From: the human T2T-CHM13v2.0 reference genome, Homo sapiens
Length of the DNA stretch: 64,000 nucleotides
Assembly (NCBI RefSeq): GCF_009914755.1
Contig: NC_060931.1
Strand: one strand, 5' to 3'
Below, piece after piece: positions 14,271 to 28,480 of this stretch. The first letter of the stretch is position 1, and each line of letters opens with the position of its first letter. The position numbers and the translations under genes are program-made. The notes beneath the pieces are model-generated. The model was not told the DNA's origin. It saw nothing but the letters and a program-made list of their open reading frames with translations, and ran no database searches.

Positions 14271-17200
14271 TGTACCAAATGAAGAACAGATAAAATGGAG
14301 ATAGGCAAAGGAGGTAAAACTGTCAAAATGTTATCATATCAAAGGCTTTCATAGACTTAAAGATAAGGACAACCAGATTTCTCTTGTGCTCAGCCCTAAT
14401 GTAGTGTATTTTAGTGTTGAATGTGCACATGGTTGAAGCCAAAGACATGTAGGGAAAGGTGCTCAGTATATTGTCTTGACATCCCAGAAAGCTATCTGAA
14501 ACCTAATAAATGCAATAAAATGAATAGGGATAAAGATGAAAAACATTGCTCCATAGCCTTAGGATCAACATCCATTACTTAACTAGCATAGCAATAAATT
14601 CATCATCAAAGGAATCTCAAAGCAGTGGAACAATATCAATCAGGTAACACTTCATACTTTTCAGCTAGAAAGGAGCTTACTTTTGTCTCATTTTATTTCT
14701 ACTTTCATTGGGTAAGAAAACTGAAGATTATATAAATGAAATGAGCTGCCTGTTGTATAAGTAACAATGTTGAAACTGATCCCTAATGTAGTATTCTGGA
14801 CATTTCAACCCATCATTACCACCACCTTCAAGGCCACCCTTGAAGTATGGCCCACTCTTCAAGGAACTAAAATGCAAATAACAGATTAAAGCAGGATAGG
14901 AAACCCAATATGCTCAGACGTTTCCAACGACAGGAAGGTAAGTTTTTAAAATCTAGAATTGTTTTCTGAACTGCAGCTCAGATTAAAAAATAAAGTCAAA
15001 GTCAGTAATTTTTGTCTTAAAATCCAAATAAAAAATTATTTTTCTAAAAATAGCTAAATTGAGTCTGAACCTTAGAATCTAACCAACCAGGATCTAATGA
15101 AAATTTGACATGATTCATTGCTAACAGTGAAAAAGGTAGCTAACCGATGATAAACAATACTTCAGAATAACATCTAAATTCTCAGAGGAATGCATGAGAT
15201 ATTCAACTGTATGAGTTGACCAGTGATGCTCCAGAACGTATCCTCAGAGGAGAGCATTATCATGATAGTCTGTCTGTGTTATTTATATAGTTATTGGAAT
15301 TTTGCTTCAAGACACTGGTTTTTAAAAAACAAACTGATTATTTAAAGTAGTTTACTGAACATTATTCCACATTAATTTTTTTCACAAACTCAATGTTATA
15401 TCAAAAAAGTGTATGTAAGTCAGTTTGATTCATGAAGGTTACATAAATTTCATGTAACCTTGAGCATGTATTTTTCAAAATAATGAGCTATGCTTACTGA
15501 AAAATGTGTCAGTTTTTAAAAAACAGATCTTTGTTTATCTTTTAAACTTCTAGAGGTTAGTGGAATGGGAAAAAAATGACAGGAGAAGGCAAAAAAAGGT
15601 GTTCTGTAGTTGTTTATATATAAATAATGAATGTCAATGATAAAACTGTTATTTAGACATTGTAGTGATCATGAAAAACCAAGGCCCATAATCTTTACTG
15701 TATGATAGATTTTCAGTTTACAAGAAGATGCTTGGCTTGTAAGTCAGACAAGTTATTCCCAGGTGGAGAGCAATAATTCTGTGAAGAATGTCAATGGTAG
15801 TTTACTGGGAATAGCGTTGAAACTATGAATTACTTTGGGCAGTATGGCCATCTTCACAATATTGATTCTTCCTATCCATGAGCATGGAATATTTTTCCAT
15901 TTGTTTGTGTCCTCTCTGAATTCCTTGGGCGGTGCTTTGTAGTTCTACTTGAAGAAGTCCTTCACTTCCTTTGTTAGCTGTACTCCTAGGTATTTTATTT
16001 TCTTTGTAGCAATTGTGAGTGGGAGTTCATTCATGACTTTTTAATAATTGCTGTTCTGACTGGCATGAGATGGTATCTTATTGTGGTTTTGATTTGCATT
16101 TCTCTAATAACCAATGGTATTGAGCTTTTTTTCATATGTTTGTTGGCCACATGTATATCTTCTTTTAGAAGTGTCTGTTCATGTCCTTTGTCTGCTTTTT
16201 AATGGGGTTGTTTGGTTTCTTTCTTGTAAATTTGCTTAAGTTCCTTGTAGATTCTAGAGAATAGAACTATGTCAGAGGGATAGATTGTAAAAATTTTCTC
16301 CGATTCTGTAGGTTGTCTGTTCGCTCTGATGATAGTTTCTCTTGCTGTGCAGAAGCTCTTTCGTTTGATTAGATCCCATTTGTCAATTTTTGCTTTTGTT
16401 GCAAATTGCTTTTGGTGATTTCATCATAAAATCTTTGCCCATGCCTATGTCCAGAATGGTATTGCCTAGATTTTCTTCTAGGTTTTTTATAGTTTTGGGT
16501 TTTACATTTAAGTCTCTAATCCATCTTGAGTTAATTTTTATAAGGTGTAAAGAAAGGGTCCACTTTCAATTTCTGCATATGGATAGCCAGTTCTCCCAGT
16601 ACTATTTATTGAATAGGGAATCCTTTCCCAATTGCTTGTTTTTGTCAGGTTTGTCGAAGATCGGATGAATGTAGATGCGTGGTTTTACTTCTGAGCTCTC
16701 TATTCTGTTACATTGGTCTATGTGGCTGCTTTTGTACAAGTACCATGCTGTTTTGGTTATTGTAGCCTTGCAGTATAGTTTGAAGTCAGGTAGCATGATG
16801 CCTCCAGCTTTGTTCTTTTTGCTTAGGATTATCCTGATTATACAAACTCTTTTTTTTTTGGTTCCATAAGAATCTTTAAATAGTTTTTTCTAATTCTGTG
16901 AAGAATTCAATGGTAGTTTTATGTGAATAGCATTGAATCTGTAAGTTTCTTTGGGCAGTATGGCCATTTTCATGATTATTTATTCCTCCTATCCATGAGC
17001 ATGGAATGTTTTTCCATCTGTTTGTGTCCCCTCTGATTTCCTTAAGCGCTGGTTTGTATTTCTCCTTGAAGAGGTCCTTCACTTCCCTTGTTAGCTATAT
17101 TCCTAGGTATTTTATTCTCTTTGTAGCAATTGTGAGCTTTCATTCATGATTTGGCTCTCTGCTTCTCTATTGTTGGTGTATAGAAATGCTTGTGATTTCT

Positions 17201-17979
17201 GTACACCGAATTTGTATCCTGAGACTTTGCTGAAGTTGCTTATCAGCTTAAGAGGCTTTTGGGCTGAGACGATGGTGTTTTCTAGATATAGGATTATGTC
17301 ATCTACAAACAAAGACAATTTGACTTTCTCTTTTCCCATTTGAATAACCTTTATTTCTTTCTCTTGCCTGATTGGTAGGCTATTTAATGCTGCCTCCATT
17401 TCAGAAGTGGTTATTAGTCTATTCAGGGATTCAACTTTTTCCTGGTTCAGTCTTGGGAGGGTGTATGTGTCCAGGAACTTATCCATTTCTTCCAGATTTT
17501 CTAGTTTATTTGCATAGAGGTTTTATAGTATTCTCTGATGGTTGTTTGTATTTCTGTGGGGTCAGTGATGGTATCCCCCTTTTCATTTCTGATTGCGTTT
17601 ATTTGAATCTTCTCTCTTTTCTTCTTTATTAGACTAGCTAGTGGTGTATCTATTTTATTGATTTTTTCAAAAAAAGCTCCTGGATTTGTTGATTTTTTCT
17701 TTAAGGGTTTTTTTCTGTGTGTCTCTATTTCCTTAAGTTCTGCTCTGAGCTTGGTTATTTCTTGTCTTCTGCTGGCTTTAGGGTTTGGTTTAGTACTATA
17801 AATTTGCCTCTTAACACTGCTTCAGCTGCATTCCAGAGATTCTAGTACATTGTCTCTTTGTTCTCATTAGTTTCAAATAACTTCTTGATTTATGACTTAA
17901 TTTCATTATTTACCCAGGAGCCATTCAGGAGCAGGTTGCTCAATTTCTATGTAGTTGTGTGGTTTTGAGTGAGTTTCTT

Positions 17980-18299
<320 letters not shown>

Positions 18300-19927
18300 T
18301 TTGAGTGGGTTTCTTAATCTTGAATTCTAATTTGAATGCACTGTGGTCTGAGGGACTGTTATGATTTCAGTACTTTTGCATTTGATGAGGAGTGTTTTAC
18401 TTCCAATTATGTGATCAGTTTTAGACTGGGTGCCATGTTATGATGAGAAGAATGTATATTCTGTTGTTTGGGGGTGGACAGTACTGTAAATATCTATCAG
18501 ATACACTTGATCCACAGCTGATTTCAAGTCCTGAATGTCTCTGTTAATTTTTTGTCTCAATGATCTGTCTAATATTGACAGTGGAGTATAAAAGTAACCC
18601 CTATTATTCTGTGGGGGTCTACATCTCTTTGTCGGTCTTTACAAACTTGTTTTATGAATCTGGTGCTCCTGTATTGGGTGCATAAATATTTTAAATAGCT
18701 CTTCTTGTTGAATTGAACCCTTTACCATTATGTCATGCCCCTCTTTGTCTTTTTTGACCTTTGCTGGTTTAAAGTTCATTTTGTCAGAAACTAGGATTGC
18801 AACCCCTACTTTTTTCTGCTTTCCATTTGCTTGGAAAATTTTCCTTCATCCCTTTATTTGAGCCTATGTGTGTCTTTGCACATGAGATGGGTCTCTTGAA
18901 TACAGCACACCAATGAACGTTGTCTTTTTACCCAGCTTTCTGTTCTCTCTTTTAATTGGGGCATTTAACCCATTACATTTAAGGTTAATATTATTAAGTG
19001 TGGATTTGATCTTGTCATTGTGATTCTAGCTGGTTAATTTTGCAGACTTGTTATTGGAGTTGCTTCATAGTGTCATTGGTCTGTGTAATTCACTGTGTTG
19101 TGTAGTAGGTGATAACAGTTTTTCCTTTATGTGTTGAGGCTTCCTCCAGGAGCTCTTTCAAGGCAGGCCTGCTGGTGACGAAATCCCTCAAGAATGGCTT
19201 GTCTGAAAGGAATTTTATTTTTCCTTCACTTATGAAGCTTAGTTCATCTGGATATGAAATTCTGGGCTGGAATTTCTTTTCTTTAAGAATGTTGAATATT
19301 GGCCCTCAATCTCTTCTGGCTTGTATGGCTTCCACTGAGAGATCCACTGTGACCTGACCTTTCTCTCTGGCTGCCCTTAACGTTTTTACCTTCATTTCAA
19401 CCTTGGAGAATATGACAATTATGTGTCTTGGGGTTGATCTTCTCATGAAGTATCTCTGGATTTCCTGAATTTGAATTTTGTCCTGTCTTGCTTGGTTGAG
19501 GAAGTTCTCCTGGATGATACACTGAAGTATGTTTTCTAACTTGCTTCCATTCTCTCCATCTCTTTCATGTACCCTGATCAGTTGTAGTTTTGGTCTTTTT
19601 ACATAATCCCATATTTCCAGAGATTTTATTCATACATTTTCATTCTCTTTTCCCTATTCTTATCTGCCTGTCTTATTTTAGAAAGATAGTCTTCAAGCTC
19701 AGATATTCTTTCTTCCACTTGGTCTATTCTGCTGTCAATACTTGTGATTGCATTGTGAAGTTCTTCTGTTGTGTTTTTCGGCTCTATAAGGTCATTTATG
19801 TTCCTCTCTAAACTGGCTATTCTGGTTATCAGCTTCTGTTATGTTTTATCATGGTTCTTCACTTCTTTGCATTGGGTCAGAACATGGTTCTTTAGCTCAG
19901 CAAAGTTCATTATTACCCACATTCTGA

Positions 19928-20561
<634 letters not shown>

Positions 20562-21999
20562 AGTTTTCAGCATTTTCGCATTGATTGCTTCTCATCTTTG
20601 TGGGCTTATCTACCTTCAATCTTTGACGTTGCTTACCTTTGAATGGGGTTTTGGTGGGGCCTTTTTTGTTGATGTTGTTGTTGTTGCTTTCTGTATGTTT
20701 GTTTTTCTTTTATCAGTTAGGCACCTCTTCCATAGAGCTGTTGTGGATTGCTGCAGGTCCACTCCAGACCCTAATCGCCTGGTACCCCTCCTGCACCTGG
20801 AGGTATCACCAGTGAGGGCTACAAAACAGCAGTGATGACAGCCTGCTCCTTCCTCTGGGAGCTCCATCCCAGTGGAGCACCAACCTGATGCTGGCCCAAA
20901 CACTCCTTTAGGAAATGTCTGGAGACCCCCATTGGAAGATCTTACCCAGTCAGTAGGAACGGGTTCAGGGACCCACTTGAAGAAGCAGTCTGGCTGCCCC
21001 TTTCTGGAGCAGATGCATTGCACTGGGGGGAACCCCCCCTTGTCAACCCCCTGGACTCTCCAGAGCCAGCAGGCAGGAAAGGCTAAGTCAGCTGCACCTC
21101 AGGGACCAAGGCTGCCATACCCCCCAGGGACTCTGTCCCAGGGAGATCAGAGTTCTGTTCCTAAAACCCTGGCTAGAGTTGCTGAAATTCCCATGGGGAG
21201 GCCCTGCCCAGTGAGGAGGGATGGATTAGGGTCCCACTTAAAGAAGCAGTCTGACCATGATCTGCCACAGCAGCTGTGCTGCACTGTGGGGAATTCCTCC
21301 TGGTCCTGAACACCCAGACTCCTTGGTGCTGACAAGGTAGAAGGGCTGACTTGAGCTGCCAAGATGGTAGCCACCCCTCCCACCTGGGAAGTCAGTCATC
21401 TCAGGCAGTCTCCAGCCTGCTACCACTGGCCGGCTGGAATTCCAGGCCAGTGAGTCTTAACTTGTGAGGTGCCATGGCAGAGGGACCTACTGAACCTCGC
21501 CACTTGGCTCCCTGGCATGGGCCCCTCTTCTAGGGAAATGGATAGATCTCCTGCCTCACAGGAATTCCCAGGGTGGGAGTATGTAAAAACTCCTGGGTTT
21601 CCGTGCATGTCCACATGGCTGCTGAGAGTCCGCAGAGCTCTGTGCTTTGGACCCAAGGCCCTGATGGTGTGGGCTCCTGAGGGGATCTCCTGATCTGCGG
21701 GTTGCAAAGATCCATAGGAAAATCGTGCTTTCCTGGGCAGGATCGCACAATCGCTTGCTGCCTCCCTTGGCTGGGGGTAGGGGCTCTCCTGACTCCATGC
21801 TGCTCCTGGATGGGCCATCACCCCATCCTGCTTTTCCTCACTCTCCCTGGGTCCCACCAACCACCTAGTCAGTTCCAATGTGAGAACCTGGATTTTTCAG
21901 TTGAAGGTGTAGAATTCACTCGCCATTTTTGTTCTTCTTGGTGAGCATCGTGGATCACCCTTGCTTCTAATCAGCCATCTTGGCTTGCTAAAGCCTCTT

Positions 22000-22330
22000 T
22001 CTTCTTATACTATCTCGATTTTTAACATTATTGTATGATTTTGCTCATTTTTAAAATGTATGTAAAAGGAAACCATATGTTATGTGCCATTTGTGCTGGC
22101 TTATTTCCCTCAAAATTATGTTCGTAAATTTCATCCATTTTTGTTGTGAGTGGCTATATAGTATTTTATTACCACACTGAATTTATTGCATAAATATATT
22201 ACTATTTACCCATGCTATATAATGGACACATTGGTTACAGTTTGGTGCTACTATGATAATGCTTGTACATTTCTTTTAGTGCAATGTCCACATACTGATG
22301 TTGAGTGAAATTGCTTTGACACTGTATCAA
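22000..22330 (-). mobile_element. L1ME-like 3' fragment
   Basis: gctggcttatttccctcaaaattatgttcgtaaatttcatccat. Confidence 0.6.
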
Positions 22331-22348
22331 TCCTGTTAAAAAGCATAA

Positions 22349-22679
<331 letters not shown>

Positions 22680-23005
22680 CTCCCATAAAGTTTTTAAATA
22701 AATATTTACTAGTCAGTTGGTGCTTCTTGAATTTCTGTAAGTAATTTTTGTGTGCAACAGTTGAGTCAAAGGAAGCATGAAAAATTGTTTTGAAGCTTGA
22801 CTCTCACAGCTATTTAAATAAGTTGAGAAAATAAAATTTATTCCCCTCTCAGAATCAGATAAGACAATTGGAAATTGGTGGGCAAGAGGGGTGAATGCTA
22901 AAGACTGACTCCCTTCAGCCAAATGGGGCTAACACTGAGGTCCACGCCATGATTTTGGGGATTCTGATACTGCATGTCAGACAGACGTTGCGATTCTATA
23001 GTTGT

Positions 23006-23011
<6 letters not shown>

Positions 23012-23061
<50 letters not shown>
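23012..23061. repeat. A27 plus (CAAAA)n tract
   Basis: Direct reading. Confidence 0.95.
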
Positions 23062-23062
<1 letters not shown>

Positions 23063-26000
23063 AGCTTTATTGAAATACAGTGAATATGTAAAGAACAGCA
23101 TATATGATAAGATTTATGTGCATGCACCTATGAAACAATCACCGAAACCAAGACAGTGAGCATATTCACCACTTCCAGAAGTTTCCCTGTGCCCATTTGC
23201 AATCTATTCCTCCAAGCTCTTTCCAAATCCCCCATGCCCCCTCTCCCAACTTTTCCCCATGAAACCACTAATATACATTCTGCCACTATCCATAAGTTTG
23301 CATTTTCCAAACGTTTGGTAAATAAAATCACGTAGGATATGTTCTCTTTTAGGAAGTTTTCTTTAATTCAGCATGTTTATTTTAATATTCATGTATGAAT
23401 TAAGTGTTTATTTTTATTTGGGAGCAGTATTTCATTGTATGGATATGGATATAACAGGATGTGTAGGCATTTACATTTTTTCGGTGAACTTTTTAAATCA
23501 TTTGTTAATATTGTAAATCACATTGATTTTTGAATGTTAAACCCAATCCACATTCCTGACAGAAAACTCACCTAGCCACCATGGATTATTTCTCTCATCT
23601 AATGTTAGATTTGAGTTGTTTAAAATTTGTGCACAATTAGTGCATCTATGTTCAGAGGGTTATTGGTCTGTGGTTGTCTTTTCTTGTAAAGTCTTCTTCA
23701 GATTTTGGTATCAGGATAGTACTGCTTCATAGAATAAGTTAGGAAATAATTTTTTCACAGTTTTCTGAAAGATTTTACACATATTCAGTATTATTTCTTT
23801 TTAAAATATTTGCTAGAATTTGTCAGTTAAGCCAGCTGGGCCTAGAGTCGCCATTGTAGAATTTCTAACCATAAACTTAATCTCTTTAGTAGTTGTAAGG
23901 CTACTCAGGTTATCCATTTTATCTTCAGTAGGCTTTAGTAGTATGTGTATTTCAAGGAATTTGTGTATTTCAGCTAAACTGGAGATTTTCTTGATATAAA
24001 ATTATTTGTAATTTTTTAATTCTAATATCTATGGAATCTGTAGTGACATCATAATCTCTCTCATATCTGATATTGGTATGTTGTATCCTTTCCATTTTCT
24101 TCTCAGCAGTCTGGCTAGAGGTGTACAAATTCTGTTAATTTCATTAAGAATCAATATTTGATTTATTTTTTCTATTGTCTTTCTGCTTTCTATTTTATTA
24201 ATGTTGCTCTGATATTATGTTCTTTGTTTGCTTTATTTTGAGTTCTTTTGTTCTTTCTCTAGTTTTTTAAGGTGAAAGCTGGAGCTCTTGATTTGAGACC
24301 TTCCTTCTTTTCTATTTCTGGCATTAAGCGTTTTAAATTTTTTTGTAAGTACTGCTTTTATTGCATTCCACAAATTTTTATGTGTTGTAATTTCATTTTC
24401 ATTTACTTACAAAAACGTTTTTAATTTTCCTCTTTAACTTATAGATTTATGTGTATTTGGAACTTTTTAGATATCATTCTATTTTTAATTTCTAGTTTAA
24501 TTTCATTATAACTACAGAGCATTCTTTATATAACTTGATTGTTCTGAAATATGAGACTAGTTTTATGTCTTACAGTACAGCTTATCTTAGTAAATTGTCC
24601 ATGTGCTCTTTCCAAAAATGAATGTTCTGCTCTTGTTGAGTAAACTCTTCTAAAAATGTCCATTAGGTCAAATTGATTGACAGTGATGTTCAATTTCTTC
24701 ATATCCTTACTGATTTTTTGTCTACTTTTATCATTTATGAGAGAGGGATATTGATCAGCTATAATTGTGATTTTGTCTATTCTTCTTGCAGTTCTATCAG
24801 TGTTTGCTTCCTGTATCTTGAAGACTTTTGTTTGATACATACATAAATGCTTTAAATTTGTATATTCCTTTGATTAATTGACCCCTTTATCATCATAAAA
24901 TGACCCTTTTGTTCCTAGTAATAATCTTTGCTCTAAAGTCTACTTTGTGTGATGTTAGAATTTTTCTACTTTTCTTCTATTGGTGTTAGCTTGGTATTTA
25001 TTTTTCCTTCCTTTTACTTTTAACCTCTTTGTGTCTTTGTATTTCATTTGTTTTCTTTTTAAGCATCCTATTTTTGGGTGTTGCTTCTTTATTCCATCTG
25101 ACAATCTCTATATTTTAATTTTGAGAATTTAGACCATTTACATTTCATGTGATTACTGATATGGTTAGGGTTCAATCTGTCAACTTGCTATTTGTTTTTT
25201 ATTTTTTGGCCTGTTCTTCCTTTTTTCCTCTCTTTCTGCTTAGTTAGAATTTACTGGGTTTATTTATTGTTAATTTTCTCCCTATGTTTGCTTGTTAGCT
25301 AAAGGTTCTTACTTTGTTACCTTAGCGATTATTTTAGAATTTGTAGCACACATCTTTACCTTATTACAGTCTACTTTCAAGCAATATTATATATGATATA
25401 AGCCCCTTAAAATGACATTATTTTTTTCTCCTTTCCTAGTTTTTGCATTGTCATACATTTTACTTCTACATGTTATAAACCCCATACCACATTGTCTTTA
25501 TTTTTTTACAAGCAGCCAGTTATCTACTAAGAAATGTATATATTTTTTAAGTATATTTTTTCCCATGTGATTACCATTTTTATGTTCTTCATTCCTTTTA
25601 TTGATCTATGTGTCAATTTTCTTCCTGCTTGAAGGACTTCCATTTATATTTTATATAATGCATTTCTGCTATTTATGAATTCTTTCCGTTTTTGTGTGTC
25701 TGATAAATACTTTATCTTTGTATTTAAAGGTATCATTGATGGGTAACAAATTGTAGGTTCACAACCCCTTTTTTTTTTCTTTTTTAGTACTTCAAAAACG
25801 TTGCTCCACTGTCTTCTCACTTGCATTACTTTGATGAGAAATTTGTTCCTCTCTATATAATGCATCTTATTACACGTATCACTCTGGCTGCTTTTATGAT
25901 GTCTCTCTTTAATGCTTGTTTTATACAATTTGATAATGGCTTCTTTTCCTGTACTTTTCTTCATGTTTCTTATGATTGAGGTTCATTGAGCTTTTCAATC

Positions 26001-26960
26001 CATGTGTTTGTAGGTTTTAACAAAATTGGAAAATTTTCAGCAATTATCATTTCAAATACTTTTCTGCTGCCTTTTGATCTTCTGTCTTCCAAGGACTCCA
26101 AATACCATATCAGGCCACATAAAACTTTCCTGCAGCTTACTGATGCTCTCTTGATGTGTTTCATTTTGGATAGTTTCTATCATAATGTCTTTTCATTGTG
26201 GGTCATATTTTCTTGCTTCTTTGCATGCCCCTTGATGTTATATTATAACAACCATGGCAAATTTTACCTTGTATTAATAGCTGCTGGATAGTTTCGAACT
26301 TCTAAAAAAATCATTGATCCATTTTGTAAGACACAGTTAAGTTACTTAGAAATAATTTGATCCTTTAGTGCCTTGTTTTTAAGATTTTTTAGAAGATGAA
26401 TCAGAGCATTAATCCATGGCTACTTTATTTCCCACTACTGAGGGACTCTTTTGGTTCCTTATCCAATGCTTCATGAATTATGCTTTTTCGTGTGGCTAAT
26501 GAGAAAAGCTGTTGTTTTCAGCCCTGTATAAACTCCTAGTGTTGTTCTGTCTAATCCTTTGAGTGATTCTTTACCCAGCCTTTCATACATATATGCCCTG
26601 ATCAAGGGGCCTTTTCCAAATCCCTGGAATTCTTTCTATACGCATTTCTCTCCTCTCTGGTACTCTGTCCTGTGAACGTTAGCTATCTTTGCTGAACTTT
26701 TAGCATCATCAGTTCAACTCAGAGAGTCCACCAGACTCTGCCTGGATCCTCCTCTTTGTCAGAAAACTCTCTGAGGATATTAAGCTGGGACACCCCCATT
26801 TGTGTCCTTTATTTCAGGGATCATTTTTCTTAATCATCTGATGTTCAATTCCTTAAAAACTATTTTTTAAAATATATTTTGTCCTATATTACAGATGTTT
26901 CAGAAAGGAAGACTAATCCAGGTCCTGTTATTCTATCTTTGCCATAAGTGTATAGCCCCA
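23062..26960 (-). mobile_element. Old L1 (L1MC/MD-like): 3'UTR, deleted ORF2, ORF1 and 5' region remnants
   Basis: 3' terminus acagctttattgaaata; ORF remnants (LMDIFRRVY..AHGQFTKI; RRQWSNVFEVLK; FEMIIAENFP). Confidence 0.85.
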
Positions 26961-27039
26961 CATGTTTACAGTTTATATTTTCCATGAGTGTCTTATTGGA
27001 TAGCCAGGGTTGAACCACTGTTTCAGAAGTCCAACAGTG

Positions 27040-27430
27040 AGTTTTCATGGACTGGGATAATTTATATAGTTAATTAAATGAATCTGGGCTTTATGAGATT
27101 AAATAAAAGAGGCTATATAAAGTTCCTGATGCACACTTAAAACTCAATAGCTAGTATTAACCTTGCGTCTTCTTCAGTGTATCCTTGAATTTAAAAAGAC
27201 ATTGTTTTATAATGGAAACAGACATAAACAGGACTTCAATAACCTGAATTCTGGTCATTGGTTTCCAACCTATCAGTATTGGTGAGCCATTTAAACTCGT
27301 GAAGTCTTGTTCTTCTAATCCTCTCAATGATGGCTGAAATATTTTTCCTTTATGTCTTATGGAATTGTTGGCAAGATAAAGATATCGAAGGTGAAAGTTC
27401 TTTTGTAAATTGAAAAGTATTACATATATG
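27040..27430 (+). mobile_element. MIR fragments
   Basis: tatgagattaaataa..aaactcaatag; acctgaattctgg..gagccatttaaactc. Confidence 0.45.
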
Positions 27431-28330
27431 TGATAATACTCTCAAATTTTGCCTGGTGATTTTTTGTTTGGTTCAGTTTTAAATTACACTTCACTATGTG
27501 TTCTATTTTTCCCAAATGGGCCATTTGTACATAGAAAGCCTTTGAAGAAAGGCCCTTAAAGATAAATTTTTTGACAGATTTTTAAAACTTTACTTAACAC
27601 AGAAAATTTTCCAAGCATCTTTGTAAGGTTAATAAAGAAGTGTATTTTTAAAAATAACCTAGAAAGTACAAAAACACAGAAAAAAATTTAAAATAATGCC
27701 CTTATGTTAATTTATAAAAATAAATTGATATTGTCACCCTATTACTATAAAAATAAAAAATAGGTTTCTATATTATGCATATGGATTCAAGATACATTGG
27801 GATATTTAAATTCATTATTCCAATGGGACTCAATAATGTTTATGTAAGGTAGAAGTACTCTGTGTTTTGTGGTGATCAAGACAGTTATGGTTCAAGAGAC
27901 TTAATTCTGGTTCTAGAATTAAAATCACCCAACCACAAGAGCAAATGCTTATTTAAGGTATAGTCCCACTTGTATTCAAAATGCTTCACAGATAACTATA
28001 GCTAGACTAAATTGCTGTGTAAATACCAGATGCAGATCTGCAGGTACAGCACTCCTTAAGACCGTCTATCAGAAATGTTAAATGTCATAGTGCATAATTT
28101 ATCAATGCTAATAGCCCTCGGCACAGATCTGAGGGAATTAACCTATACAGTCAAACTATTTATCACATCACAATATATAAAATATACTTTTAATTAATAA
28201 ATGGACAATCTATCGCCTTCATGGATGCAGCTGATCAATCCTTTTTTATCTTCTGTCTACAGTTTGGGTCTTTTTAATGGGTTTTAATGGGTTTTTCTGT
28301 ACACTTGCACAGCCGAGTTTATGCACTTAC

Positions 28331-28480
28331 TTCCTGGAACAGTTTCTGTACTTTGTGGTATAATCTCACAACCTCTTTGGTGTTTTTCCACGGCAGTATC
28401 AGTATGAAAATAATCATGCTTCTTGGTATTTTAAAATGGCATTCATTACTCTTGAGCTGACCTCTCTGGCACTAGCCTAT
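28331..28480 (-). other. Candidate 150-nt exon (possible lncRNA)
   Basis: Minus strand: branch/acceptor actaattttatgactttcag| and donor GAA|GTAAGT in repeat-free DNA; no transcript evidence available. Confidence 0.25.

Noticed and set aside
22845-23061. Unique sequence followed by poly(A), resembling a processed pseudogene
   Set aside because: No convincing TSD, poly(A) signal or recognisable parent; the A-tract abuts an old L1 terminus and is better explained as a microsatellite
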